A stretch of DNA of 64,000 nucleotides from Phoronis australis. Lineage: Eukaryota; Animalia; Phoronida. The notes below the pieces were generated by a model. That model was not told the origin of the DNA and searched no databases. It saw only the letters and a program-made list of their open reading frames with translations. Shown here one piece after another: positions 38,897-51,787 of the stretch. Numbering within the stretch: the first letter of the stretch is position 1; every line of letters starts with the position of its first letter. The position numbers were made by a program, and so were the translations under genes. The DNA is taken from contig NMRA01000321.1 in the NCBI GenBank assembly GCA_002633005.1, positions 244,724-308,723 on the forward strand, in the 5' to 3' direction.

Positions 38897-39024
38897 CAAT
38901 GGTTAACTTCGATGAATGAAAGTATAGACAGTGGGTCCTAGAGAGAAGAACAATAAATTATGTGAAAACGTTCACCTGGCTTGTTTTCCTTCTATGAAAA
39001 GAAAGATGTAAACATATGTAGTTA

Positions 39025-42000
39025 TAGACCGGCAGTCCAGAGCACTTAGTATAGACGAATGAGGTACCAACATCTGACCACTTGAGCATTTAGAGTCCAC
39101 CTCAGTATTTACAGAAATGGACGTCTGCCGTTGTCAGCACTCTGGGTGCGTGCCCTGGGGGCATCCCCTGGGGGGCCTTACAATTAAGGGCCCGAAATTG
39201 AGCTAGACTAGATATTCGAGGTACGGGCAAATACTGATTTAAAAAGAACAAAAGTATCGCACTGAACACCGAATGACCCATGGCAGACAAATGGCACTCT
39301 GGAATGGGTCCGGCAGAAACCAAAAAAGGACCCCCAAAAATGTGCTAGCATATATATTAGAGGTACCAATTCCATGAGATTCAATACATGTCACACGTCA
39401 CTAACTACCCTATGACAGACAAAATACATTCTGGATTGTGCGTGGCAGAAACCCTCAAAAATCTCAACTACGGTATGGCATTTTTGAGGCAGAATTTCAA
39501 GGTATCGGCTTAAACTGACTTAAAACACACAACCGTGCTGTACTGAACACCCAATGACCCGTGAAAGATAAATTTTACTCTGGAAATAGTCTGCCAGAAA
39601 CCCACACATGACCCTAGAACTGGAGATACAGTTGTAGATGAAGCTTCTCCCTACTGGTTCACGTACTTGGGTGGGAAACTCAAGCAACTGGACAACAAGA
39701 TGTTAAAAATCGCTCCAAGGAAATCTTGGTACACATATTCTCAACTGGTGACGACAGTGGTGTATTTAAGTTACCCGCAAAAAGCGGGATTGCAGGAAAC
39801 AAAAACTAATTATAGAAAACTTTCATTCTCTTTGACCTGTGTTTACTCTATGATGCTATCGCAACAATAGAAAAGCAGACGGGTGTCAAGATAGCTAACT
39901 CGCGTCGTGGTATGTTTTTGAAGAAATTGTTACATGGTTTCTAAATTCCTTGTAGTGTATAGTGTTTGCAGCGTTTTAGTTTCGCGGAGTTGATATTTGT
40001 CGATGGCCGATATTATGTCCTCCGTGATAAAATACAAATCACCCCTAATTTGGTGCGCAGCCGTGCATTGGAGTCCCAATGCTATTTAAATAAATATGTA
40101 AACAACGGTAACAAGGGGTGGTAGGTGAGGTGATTAAGCCACCACATCTCTTTAGACAGACAAGATTTCCTGAAAACACACACAATATTTCAAAGGCACA
40201 TGGATGAGTACAATTCATTCTTTAAAGACGTACTGTGCGGAAAGCTCGGCCCAACTGCAACGTTCCGGGGACTGTAATTATACATGATTAATAATCTCCA
40301 CAGAAATCTCATGCGTGCTTTATGCACAACCGACATTGAGGACTACAAAGAAGTAATCCCAGGTCTATCAACATTTTTTGTCTTAATCGACCTAACTACG
40401 TTCGCTGTAGTTGTCTTTTTCTCGATCATCTTGAAAGCATCACACCGCAAACTCGAATGATTCTGGAATAAGGGGCGTTTTCGGTTAGATGCACAAACAA
40501 ATTTTTGAGGTCAGCAATAGATTTAACGCTTGAACAGACCGTTAACAGAGACGCAGCTTCACCTATGAAAGGAATTACGAATTTTCACAATTCCAACTCT
40601 GCCAGGAGGAGATGATGCATTACATCAACTAAGCGAGGAATGTCTGTTACGGAGTTGACTGATACCTAGGAGGTATCTGGCAGGACTACAATCTGTCGAG
40701 GAACCAGCAACGTATCTCCACGAGGAAGTGGAATTGAAAAAGATACCCACGACAAAGACCAACTGATGAATGCAATTTAAAATTCCTGTGACCCCGTTTC
40801 AGAGCCAGCAAAAAAACATTCGACCATTTGCTGAATATTGTTGCTAGTAAAGCAGTCGCACAAGAAACCAAAGAGTATTTAACCGGGTGCCTTGATGCTG
40901 GACGCAAACTCCGACTGGAATTCCAAGACAAGTGTTCAACTGAGAAGCAGCGGTTTTTGAAACCAACTAGAAGACGAAAAGTGCACAACGTTGAAAAAGA
41001 AAGCACATAGAAGCAGCCTCTTGCCAAGGACAAGTCAACATCTGAGAGCCTTCGGTTTCATTCGTTTCTAGTTATCATTTCGGAAATGTCAGTTTTTGAC
41101 ATGAGATATTTGTGACGTTTCCAATTACGCAGTACCCACTGTCCATTGCACACTCTGATCAAGAGAGAAAAAAGCAACTTGCTAGGTAAACTTGAGGGTT
41201 TCCGAGGAGGCTTCTCAGAAACATCTTAATAGACAGGAACTCTTGCTGCATTCGTTTCTGTCTTCAAATGTATCTTATAGAAATCTGGTTCGAACCCTTC
41301 TAGCCTAAGTTTGTGCAAGTTCAAGTAAGGAGGTCCTTGTCTTATTTGATACATACAAAACGCTCTGCCTGAAGAGTAGGGAATGACAATTGCGTGGAGC
41401 AGAACACCAAGCTTTTGTCATCAATGGCCCAGAGCAAACGCCTAGACACACTAGTCAAAACTTGTTGCGGAACGGGACATTTAAGGACATCATGGCACCC
41501 CTTCTCCTAAAAGAATGGCAGAAAGACAGATATGGGCCAATTCTTAGCGAGAAAGCACATGTTGTCTCACATGGCGATAACTGTATTCGCCTTTCTTAAA
41601 GTGGTGCCATGGCAGCTGATCATCCACCAGATCTTCACGGTTACCACGAAGAAGCCGACACGCTTCTTGCCTTCCACATAGCCAACTCAAATGGCAATGC
41701 ATTGATCCGACGGATGTTATTGTAATTGTCATCGGAATTATCGCACGACAACTGAAGAGCGGCAGAGAAATGTCTTTCGAGCGTATAATAATGGACTGTG
41801 GATCTGGTAATAGCCGTAGACGCATAGACGTCGCCGCTATTGTTCAGACTTTATCAACATGGTCTCGCTGCAACACTGCCTGGTCTGCATGCAATGACAG
41901 GGTGTGACGTTACAGAAGCACTGTATAGGAAAAGGGAAGTGAGAACTCTGTAAATCCTGATGAGAGACTCATATGGGACACTTATCCGGTTGTTCTCAGA

Positions 42001-43636
42001 GTTAATAAGCGTAGATATCCCAGACAAAAGAAAGTCAGAAGAATTCATATGCCTCCTGTATGGAATGAAGGGAGGAGTCAAAGATGACGATGAAGCGAGA
42101 TATCTGAAATTAATCGAGATGACTGAAAAAACAAGGTAATAACTGTAACTGACAAAATATAGTTCATAAAAGCAACGAAAAAAAATTCAAATATTTTCAC
42201 AGTACTAAACCAAAAGGCCCAGATTCACTTCATAGTTAAAAACAATAAGTGAAGTTCTATGATTTTGTTCGTCAGCTGTTAGACAATTGGTCCCTCGTCA
42301 ATAAAATTTTCTCACTATTTATTTCAAGAAAAGCCGATGTCCAGCATCAAGAAGATTGACTGCACATTGCTTCCTACTTGTCAAAAGACACTAATGAACA
42401 AGCTCAAACGAGCCCGTTATGTTGGTTTGCTCTGGGGTCACGCAGATTCGGCCGATCTGAGAAACGGTTTGGATTCTCTTAACCACGGTTGGAAGATACA
42501 CGATGGATACTGCACTCCCGGATGGTTTTGTGGATATGCCGTTCTTGATGTCCTTTTTGAAAGTGCTGGTCTTTACAAGCCGATCAAGAGGTAGAGGAAA
42601 TGGGCTATGACGAAACAGGCGAGCCCAAATCAAGCTAAAGTAGCAGTGACGAATCTGATATTGAAACCTATTAACACTAATAGGAAACTACTGTTGACGT
42701 TAAACATATAGTAGCTTGATGTTCTCGTCGATGTGTAATTGAGTGTCTGGCAAACGCTTTCCAGAGCACAATAATTTATTTGTTGTCTGTCATGGGTCAT
42801 CTGGTGCGCCACGATTTGGTTTTAAGTCAGTTTTAGCCGGTTCCTCTGGTGTCTAATGTAGTTCAAAGCTTCGATGGCATACTGTGGTTCAGATTTTTTA
42901 GGGTTCCTGCCAGGCACAATCGAGAATGTGTTTTGTCTAAGGGCATTTAGTGACCTGTGACACGCATTGAATCATATGGTATTGGTTTTCTTTGGTACCT
43001 TGAATGTACCGTCATGTATGTGCTGGCTCATTTTTTAGGGGGGTCGTTTATTGGTTTCTGCGGACCCATTCCAGAGTGCAATTTGTCTGTCATGTGTCAC
43101 TTGGTGTTCAGTGCGGTACTGTTCGTTTAAAATCAGTTTTGGCCGGTATCTCGAAAATCTAGTCTAGCTCAAATTTATGATGGCATGCCGTGGTTAAGAT
43201 TTTCTGCCGGGCACAACCCAGAGTGTATTTTGTCTTTCATAGGGGTTTTAGTGATCTGTGACATGTATTGAATCACATAGAGTTGTTTTTTGTGGTACCT
43301 CCAATGTACATGTGCATGCATGTGCTCGCTCATTTTTGGGGGGTCCTTTTTTGGTTTCTGCCGGACCCATTCCAGAGTGCAATTTGTCTGCGTGAGTCAT
43401 TTGGTGTTAAGTGCGGTACTATTGTTCGTTTTAAATCACTTTTATCCGGTACCTCGAATATCTAGTCTAGCTCATTTTTGGGCCTTTCGTAAGGCCCCCG
43501 GGGGTCACATCCAGAGTGCAGACAACGACAGACGTCCACTTCTGAGAATACTGAGGTGGATTCTAAATGCTTCCGTGGTCAGATGTTGGTACCTCGTTCA
43601 TCTAATAGTATGTTAGTGTTCTGTGTTGCCGGTCTA
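39025..43636 (+). mobile_element. Decayed Academ DNA transposon (XPG/PIN-type)
   Basis: TTA|TAGACCGGCA ... TGCCGGTCTA|TTA (3-bp TSD, TAG...CTA termini), several-hundred-bp TIRs with internal subrepeats, internal transposase motifs. Confidence 0.88.
40250..42594 (+). pseudogene. Academ transposase pseudogene
   Basis: Disrupted frames with PNYVR (~40391), DLTLEQTVNRDA (~40520), HEEADTLLAFH (41645), LPGLHAMTGCDVT (~41876), LPTCQKTLMNKLKRARYVGLLW...HGW (42370-42492). Probable intron 42136-42328. Confidence 0.8.
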
Positions 43637-46600
43637 TTACGTGTAAATTATCTGAAAGTCCCGTATGTTGTCGAACCAACTGCACACGGGCAATATCAGC
43701 CCTCGAGTTATGCGCCTTCTGGTGTCACGGAGATGGTCTGGGGAGGAGATTGATGCACCAGAACATCCCCACTGACTCTAAACGTGACAGGTAACAGACA
43801 TCTAAAAATCCCCCAACATTTTAAAATGACGTAATCGGAGACATCGGAATGTCTATAAAATGAGCAAAGTTAATGAGATTTGCTTTAACTTGTATCAGGC
43901 AACACTTTAACAGTTTCTCGGAACAATTTCAAGAAAAACGCTTCGATTTTGTTAAATGATTGACTTTTTATTATGCTTTTATTTTCCATGCATTTACAAC
44001 GCCATTAGCATTCGATTTACCAATTGAACCAAGGTACTTACACGTGACTGGTTTACTCACAATTGCACTTGATTTCCCCGGCGTACAATTTAAGAGTTGA
44101 CACAAAAATACAACACATGGCGATAGTCACATGTACGTCTTCCAAAAAGCTGCTTACGTTTGCACTATCGGGTCATGATAATAATAGCTATCTGTTTTTA
44201 TTGCTGATTTGGCAATTCAGTTAAGTATTTTTAATTAGGCCAACTGGCTGCTTTTCGAGTGCTATTTTATATAATCGTGTGAATAGATCAAAAAACAAGC
44301 ATGTGGATCAACACACGATTGAAAGACGAGCGAGGAATAGAATTTCGACATTTTGCACGATACTCTCTTTGTGTATTTCATTGTCAAATATATGAGCAAC
44401 GGTAGTTAAGTATTCATGGAATTTTTTAGCCAACAACACACCTCCATTAGTTTCCGACAACAAAAAAGAAGTACGCAGTTCCTTAAAAAATGTCATGATT
44501 GTGAGCTAAAATCAAAGATTCTTTGTGTTAAACGCTACCGCAACGCGAAAATATCACTTTACTCCTACATTGCATTTCCATACTGTACATGTATCATACA
44601 ATCTTCAACTATACACAGTTCTCAAGTTTTGAAGAATGTCGAGTTTATTTAGTACGTACAGTGTAACAGTTGTATATCTGTTTTAGCTTTTCCTTATTTC
44701 AGAGGCATAAAACATGAATTTATACCGAAATATTATTTGACAGTCGAATACAAAAGAAATATCTCGGAGTTTTGAGATCATTGCAGTTTATATTTTGATG
44801 TTTAATGGAATATTAAATGTCGATGTTCTTCAAAGCCAAAGCACTGCGAAGCTGAAGATGCTTTGACAAGCAAACGCACATAATTTTAACGGCAGTGAAA
44901 TAATACAATCCCGGTTTGATAAGGTTTTTAATCGAATTGCTTTGAAAATAGTGATATTTGACTATTAGGAATTTGGAATAGACATTAGTTTAAGTTTTAT
45001 ATAGTATTGATCATAGAGAATAGGCCTTAATCAGGAACTGGGGAGGAACTATATTTTGAAAACGTATCTAAAATCAAAGCTTAAGTCAATATTTCAGTGA
45101 ACAGTCGACCCCGTTTGTGCACTCAAGCAGGTCTAAGAGTTCCTAAGAAAATGTATTATTTAAGTTTTGAAAGAAGCGTGTTCCGGACTTACGGCGAAGA
45201 CTGATTTGAGAGCACACAACGCCTGGTAGTTGAGCTTCAGCAAATGTTTTTTTCATCATTATGCGGAAGCGAATTACATGTAGGATTACTGCAACTCGAT
45301 TCCATGGGAAATTGAAAATCGTTCGAACAAACATTTTAGTGGTACAAAGTGCACTTTTGACCAATAGCCCGATCACCCCAAAGCGTGTCCTGGGAAATAC
45401 TCAGGCTGATTTATTTTGCAAGGACACGGAGTTGGGAGAAATAAAATTAGACAACCGTGCGTTGAAGGTTTCTTGTCCGAACTCCAATTTATCAAGTTCC
45501 TTGGCTAGTATCCCTTGATAACAAATCAATTATTCGAGGAATATCCATTCCACTGATGTAATAATCTGGTGTAAACTATTTTTATAAATATTCTCCCCGG
45601 CCAACACGCGATCGAAAACGCCCGAAAGGCGATCGAGAACGAGTCAGACCTTACACCAAAAATGGCAGACGGCAGTGAAGTACCCGGTGAGTTTAAGTGT
45701 CACTTTCTTCTTAAATAGAGGCTACTTTGGTACCAATGCGACACACTGAAAAGCGTCAGAGCTTAGCCTTTGTTGTGGATCTGAAATAATACTTGGCTTT
45801 TGCTATTTTTGAAATAGAGACCGCAGAATGCAATGGCTTTCGGTAAAATGCCTTGCGTCTCGTAAATTCGTCAATTTCTCCTTGTTTTTAGCAATTCCTG
45901 GGTTCTTCATTGGACACGTGTGACATTTATACTTAAATCGTCCCTGGTGACACCTTTGTTAGTTATAATTTGTGAAGCAATTCGAGCTATCTACCGATAC
46001 AAGCAGGTCCTTGTGTGAGACGGCGATCGGGAACGAAGCTTTTAATTCTCCATGGCGATCGTGAACGCATAAAATGCGATCTTGAACGCATAAAATGCGA
46101 TCGTGAACGCAGATTTTTTTCTGTGCAATTTCCTGAATAATTGTTCAAGTTACGGTGTTATATCAATGATTTTAGAATAATACGACCATGAATTAGTTTA
46201 CAGCTCAATTGTTTGTTATACTTTCACCGTTTTTTATGATTTCTGTGTGAGATTTAGACTCACAAATGTGATAAATGCGTTTGATTTTTCAGTTGAACTG
46301 TAGCCGAATGAGGAGTCCTTCAGAGTGTTAACATACACGCCTTCAAAAAAGAGTACCGGTAGCACAACTGCTGCATGTGACAAAGGGCTGTGTATGCATA
46401 TATGTTGTAGAGCTTCGTTCAGGAAGAATTTTTTTTTGTATAACCACATGACAATAAAACACAGTGTCACTCACTAGCTGCAAGCAAGACCTTTACCAAC
46501 CCTGTGTTGCATGGGGCAAGATTTTTTTTTTACCGCATAAGAAAACACAATATGAAGCATAGTGCTCAGGAACCAAGTTGTTTCAGTGTCCTATCTGCGA

Positions 46601-47743
46601 TCAATGTTTCACAGAAAGAGGAAGCCTGAGGACACTCCTTGTTGTGAATGTGTCATGCAAAGAGTATGCCTCCTTCAACAGACATGAGAATGAGAATTAC
46701 CATGAATGAAATTATTCAGTCCAGTAGTGAAAGTTGTTAAGTCACGAAACTCAATTCAGATTTACAGAGTTTATGGTTGGTAGTTGTCTGATGTGATAGT
46801 ATTTTGACCTTTTGTTTTGAACATTTTTACAATTTGTGTTATTTCAGCAGCATCTTTAACAGAACCAATGCATTTTTGTTGTGTTTGGGTACATTTAAAT
46901 GGCCACTCTATGTGTCATTGGGTGATTCTTGCATACAACTGTTATGACCAATTAGTATTTTAAAAGAAAACTATATGTCTGCCATAACTGTAGAAACTAT
47001 TTTCATATTGTTGTTGATTCCCTGTGAGAGAATTTTATACTATGAACCTGTCTGAAATAGATTGTCTATGATTCAGTGATGATTTAGTCTAATACACTCC
47101 AAAAAAAATTCGCAGGAAATGTACACTGGATGTGTTATGTTTATTTCCCTAAAGCAATGTTTTATATCTTTTTTCTGTATGACCAATTTTGAGGTGTGTG
47201 ATAAAAGATAAATAATATTATAGAATTGCTTTAATATTGCTGTTGATTTCCTGTGTAATCACTACATTGTGTCTTGAAGTGATGTTAATGACAACATTTT
47301 AACTACGTTTTTGAGAAAATCACAATATAATAGGTGTATTATATCTCGCCTCACTCTTTTTCAATGTCACGTTAAACTGGAGATAATGAACTGAAGATGC
47401 ACTCAGGACAAATACCACAAAACAGAAGAGTCAAACATATGTTGTATATCCAAGCCACACAAGTGCCACAAGTCAATCTGTTCATCCCTGTATCGATAAT
47501 ATCAGGAAAATATCCAACAAAATATCTACCGTTTTATCAGCAAAACAGTTAACACCATTTCTAGCATTTTTTTAAATCCCAGACGGTCATGAGCGGTAAT
47601 CTTTGAATCACCTCACGAATGGTGTTACCCCACTCTTCTCGCTCCCCACAGGCACGCTCATCATCATTCTTTAACTTCAATGGCGTATTTGTTTTTTTCC
47701 TTTTGCTGTCACAATCTTGCAAGAAGATTCTGCACTCGCTTTC

Positions 47744-48044
47744 CAGGGGCGGATCCAGAATTTCGAGTTGGGGGGCAGGGCACAGGAATAGTCAGAATTT
47801 TGCCACATGCGCGTGCCCAGCCTAAAATGTAGGGATGCAGGAGCTTCGAATTTTTGGGATTGTGGACCTTATTACTAAAAAAAGGTACACGGGGTTTGTT
47901 CAAGGCCTATGAATTGCGCATTAACCCCTCGAGCCCACTTGGGTGCGCGCATATGCCAGTCGGCAATTCGCACTGCCAAATGGTATCTGGGAGAATTTTA
48001 GGGGGCATGGCCCTCTTGACACCCCCCTCCTAAATCCGCCACTG
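47744..48044. mobile_element. hAT-like MITE nested in the 45.6-49.0 kb element, TSD CTTTC
   Basis: CTTTC|CAGGGGCGGATCC ... AAATCCGCCACTG|CTTTC. The empty site is present in the paralog near 16845. Confidence 0.85.
47806..47953. mobile_element. Second hAT-like MITE nested in the previous one, TSD TGCCA
   Basis: TGCCA|CATGCGCGTGCCCAG ... TTGGGTGCGCGCATA|TGCCA. Same end family as 20211-20490. Confidence 0.75.
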
Positions 48045-50585
48045 CTTTCATCTGCATCAACAATTTGTTTACTCCTGTCTTACACGCCACATGGAACAAT
48101 TGCTGGGTGAGTCTTAGTTTAGAACCCCTTGTTGCACTTTTTTCGTCTAAAAGTATATGTCTGTATTCCAAAACCCTGGTAGGGTGTACTTTCACCCCCT
48201 GATTAATCTGTTCGTTGAAGCTCGCATCACAATAATAACAGTGAACGCGTTTCCTGAAATGAAAATAAATTCATTTGTGAAAATATTTATGATTAAAATA
48301 GGGCTTGATGTACATGTAGTCGCTCATTTTAATTTAATGGTAATACTATGATATTGTTTAGTTTGGAAACGAAAGTAACGGTAATGACTCAAAATGTGAT
48401 TAATGCATTGCACCACACTTATTTTGTAACCCTTTCACGTTTTATAAGTGAAAAGTTCATAACTGTTCGGCACACCACGATGCGTTGTCGATCGCATTAA
48501 CAACTGTTACACAAAAAATTGCGTTTCCGGTCGCTTATCTTTGCGTTCTCGATCTCATCTTTTAACGGAAAAGTGTCGAAAACTCAGAGATCCTGACCAA
48601 ACTACGAAAAACAAGCGTTGTGTTATATTTTCACAAGTCACTTCTTCATAACTTCATGGTCAATTTATTGATTTAGTTCCAAAAATAACCGCAATTTGCA
48701 AAAACAACATACGAATCACCTTTGACTCAAGCGCTGCCTCGTTCAACGTAACTTATCTCCAATAATAGTAACAGACACCAGCCCAAACCTCTACCTGCCC
48801 TTCCTCAATGTGTTACGCCTTGAACTCATGTCTCTGTTTTCACATTGGAAGTAAAAAAAACGTAAATTCATCAAATTTACTCACCTTGCCTGGCTTCGCT
48901 TCTCGCAACGGGTTTCGTTCTCGGTCGCTTTCCGGTCGCGGGTTGGCCGGGGCGGTGAATATTAATACGCTTAAAATACTGGATGCATAATATCCCAATC
49001 TAGCCGAAAGTAACATTTTCGGGATACACTGTATCTATAAAAATCCCAATACTGTTGATAAATATTCAGATTTTATCGTTTTGCCTAATTCCATCTCAGT
49101 GGACTGGAACTAACGCATCTTGAGTTGAGTTTAATATTACCAATATTTTCGCTTGTCTCAACCGAAAAATTGGTACAAAGGTACATGTATTACCGTTTGT
49201 CCTTGTGACTTTTTACATCAGTGTGAATAGCGATGTTAGGAGCCTGGGTGATCCGGGAAAAGTTTGCAGTTTATGGGCCAGTGTTTGTCGATGTTGAATT
49301 TGACTGTCTCCCTACCTTACTACAAACCTGTGATGTTTACGGATATATATCTAGTGTTTATCTTTGGTGTCAAAGAAATACACCGATCAGGACTGGAGAG
49401 TCATATTGTATTATTGGCCTCACAAATTTTTGCAGGTACTAACTTTCGTTAAAAATGTCACCACTCGTTACCAACACTTTCGCAAAGCTTAAAATCCTAA
49501 ACCTATCACTTGTTTGGTGTAAACTTCAATTTTAGGTATGTCTAGCAGAAAATGGCTTAACTTACGTTTTTATGAATATTTTAGTGACCTTTTGACCCAT
49601 TTTGTTTAACTGGCGAGATGCATGATATGAAGTTTAAATTTCAACATTTTGTTTTTTTTCTCCAAATTCACTATGCTAATTACACACAGATACATGAAAC
49701 GCAGGTCCATTTTGCAAGCAAATGAGTTAGTCCCGTGTTCACTTATGGATGAGTTTGCGTGTTCGAAATAAGTGTTATTGCACATTTTATGAATCCCTGA
49801 ATCTCAAATCCCAAAGACGGCATTAATTGTTGATGATTTTTTCGAGTTCCTCTGCCAGGATTACGTCATCACTTTTAAAAGTAGCCATCTGCTGTCAACA
49901 TTAGCCCCTCGTTTTAGTTTTTCGCTCTATTTCAGTATTTCTGCATTATCTAATGCAGTTACAGTAGTCTATCCTGCAATCTCATTAAGGCTTATAGCTT
50001 TGAGATGATGCCGTCTGTGCGATCAAACATTACTAAGGGCGCGTTGCTACCATCTTCGACGTGGCTGTGATGTTATCACAGTATCCACAGTGCATGCGTC
50101 CTCGCAAGTAGAAGTTCCACTGGATGCTTTTTGCCTGCATGTCCAGATAATTTGTGGTGATAATTTACATGTAAATGTGTATCCATGTGTCCTTTACTAC
50201 ACGAAGCCGAGGCGGCAAAGAAGGCCCAATTTAATTGCTGTTCATCCGACCAACTTTTCAACGATCTTATTGATCAATAGAGGCAGAAAGAAGTCGTGAA
50301 AATATAGGTAACCTCGCAACTTCGTAGGCCAAATAAGCCGGTGTTTCTATTCAAAAACATAAAGTTAAACAACCGATTATGTTGTGACACTCTGCACCGT
50401 ACATGGTTTAAGTCTTTGTCAACAGATGGCGATACTCTGCCGGCACACTATTCAATGTTGAGTGTTATTATTATTGCTATGCGAACTGGAGAGGGCTACC
50501 GCATGAGCTTATAACCCGGAAACGTATCGCCCTATGTTTGAAGTTCACTCAATGCCGATTATAAAAATACAACGAACAATAGATA

Positions 50586-50769
50586 ATGCTCGTGACCATT
50601 CGGGAAATCGAAACCGAAACCGTGACAGATTTTGGGATGAACAATTACCTAGAACCAATATCAAATTTTCAGATTAGGGAGGATGGCGAACTCACCGGCG
50701 ATACATGTCTAAGACGGAACCTTTATAAACGTATATCAAGAAAGAAAGCTTCCAATCAGTGGATTTAAG
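50586..50769 (+). other. Possible 5' leader exon of the chitin synthase gene, containing a 60-codon uORF
   Basis: TATAAAAATA at ~50560, ORF ending in TAA at 50768, strong donor AAG|GTAAGC at 50769/50770. Linkage to the acceptor at 57978 is inferred. Confidence 0.3.
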
Positions 50770-51787
50770 GTAAGCACCCAAGTAAAATAATCAGAGGCAA
50801 AGACTGTCTCTCGCAGTCGGCCTTTTTTCGTGTAACCCTGTTTATTTTGTTGAACAGGACTAGGCTTGAATACCGTGGCCTTGTAGGCTTACTGCGCCCG
50901 GTGACAGGTCAATGGCGCTGATATGGTTGATAATTCTCTCTGGACACTCTTACACAGACGTTATCTGTTTTTATTCACAAGCAAATACCATTACCATGTG
51001 TCAGTATGATATTTTATTGCAGTGATTGCATTAATTCATTCCGTCAGATTAGCTAGCATGTGAATAAAAAAACTTATAATTAACGAATCTCTGACCTACG
51101 TAGCTGTCAATGAAGAAACTTCTTCAAAATACCACGTACTATACAAAAGTAAAAAAATTAAAGTTACTGTCTTACGCTAAGGAGTAAGGTATAAGTAATA
51201 CCTTGCCAGCTATTTATTATGACTGCGTATAAAACATTAAACACTACTGCGAGAATGGTCTAACTCAGTTGAAATTTGTTTTGTCAGCGTAGATATAGGT
51301 GCTTGACGAAAGTGGGTCACATTATCAAGTCATGACAACAGTTCGACTGGCGTATCTTAATTTGGCTGACTCCTCGTACAGTTGTTGCATCTCTGCAACG
51401 AAATGTCACGGACCATGTCCGCTAAATCATTCAATGCCACAAACTTAAAACGTGAACACCTGTGGAAAGTGTGGGAAGCAAAACGGGCTCCTTGCATGTA
51501 GAGCTCCGAGCCCGGCGTTTAAATGAACTCCCTGTCGTAGATAGGGAAAATTATTTGTCGGAAGCACATCCGTCACTTGTGAGTGCCGCATGCATCAGTC
51601 GAGTAGCCCTGAGATGGAACGGCTCAACTCATCTATACGTTTTGTGTGAGTGCGTATGAAATAATTGGATACAAATACCTGCCAAAATTGAATTTTGTCA
51701 TTTTTTCTCGTTTACTACTGCCAAAAAGTGGACGCAATTGGTTCCATCGTCAGAAACGAAGGATATGCTAAAAACAACGGGGTAACC

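Larger units (their letters stand above)
45593..48957 (+). mobile_element. ~3.4-kb non-autonomous TIR transposon (CMC/CACTA-like or unclassified)
   Basis: Ends CTCCCCGGCCAACACGCGATCG ... CGGTCGCGGGTTGGCCGGGGCGGTG, both flanked by AATATT. Subterminal GCGATCGnGAACG repeats include a 21-bp x3 tandem at ~46056-46110. Second copy at 16345-18985. Confidence 0.75.

Noticed and set aside
38649-38957. SECIS element that would make the TGA at 38011 selenocysteine
   Set aside because: No ATGA-N11-12-AA...GA stem arrangement visible by eye.
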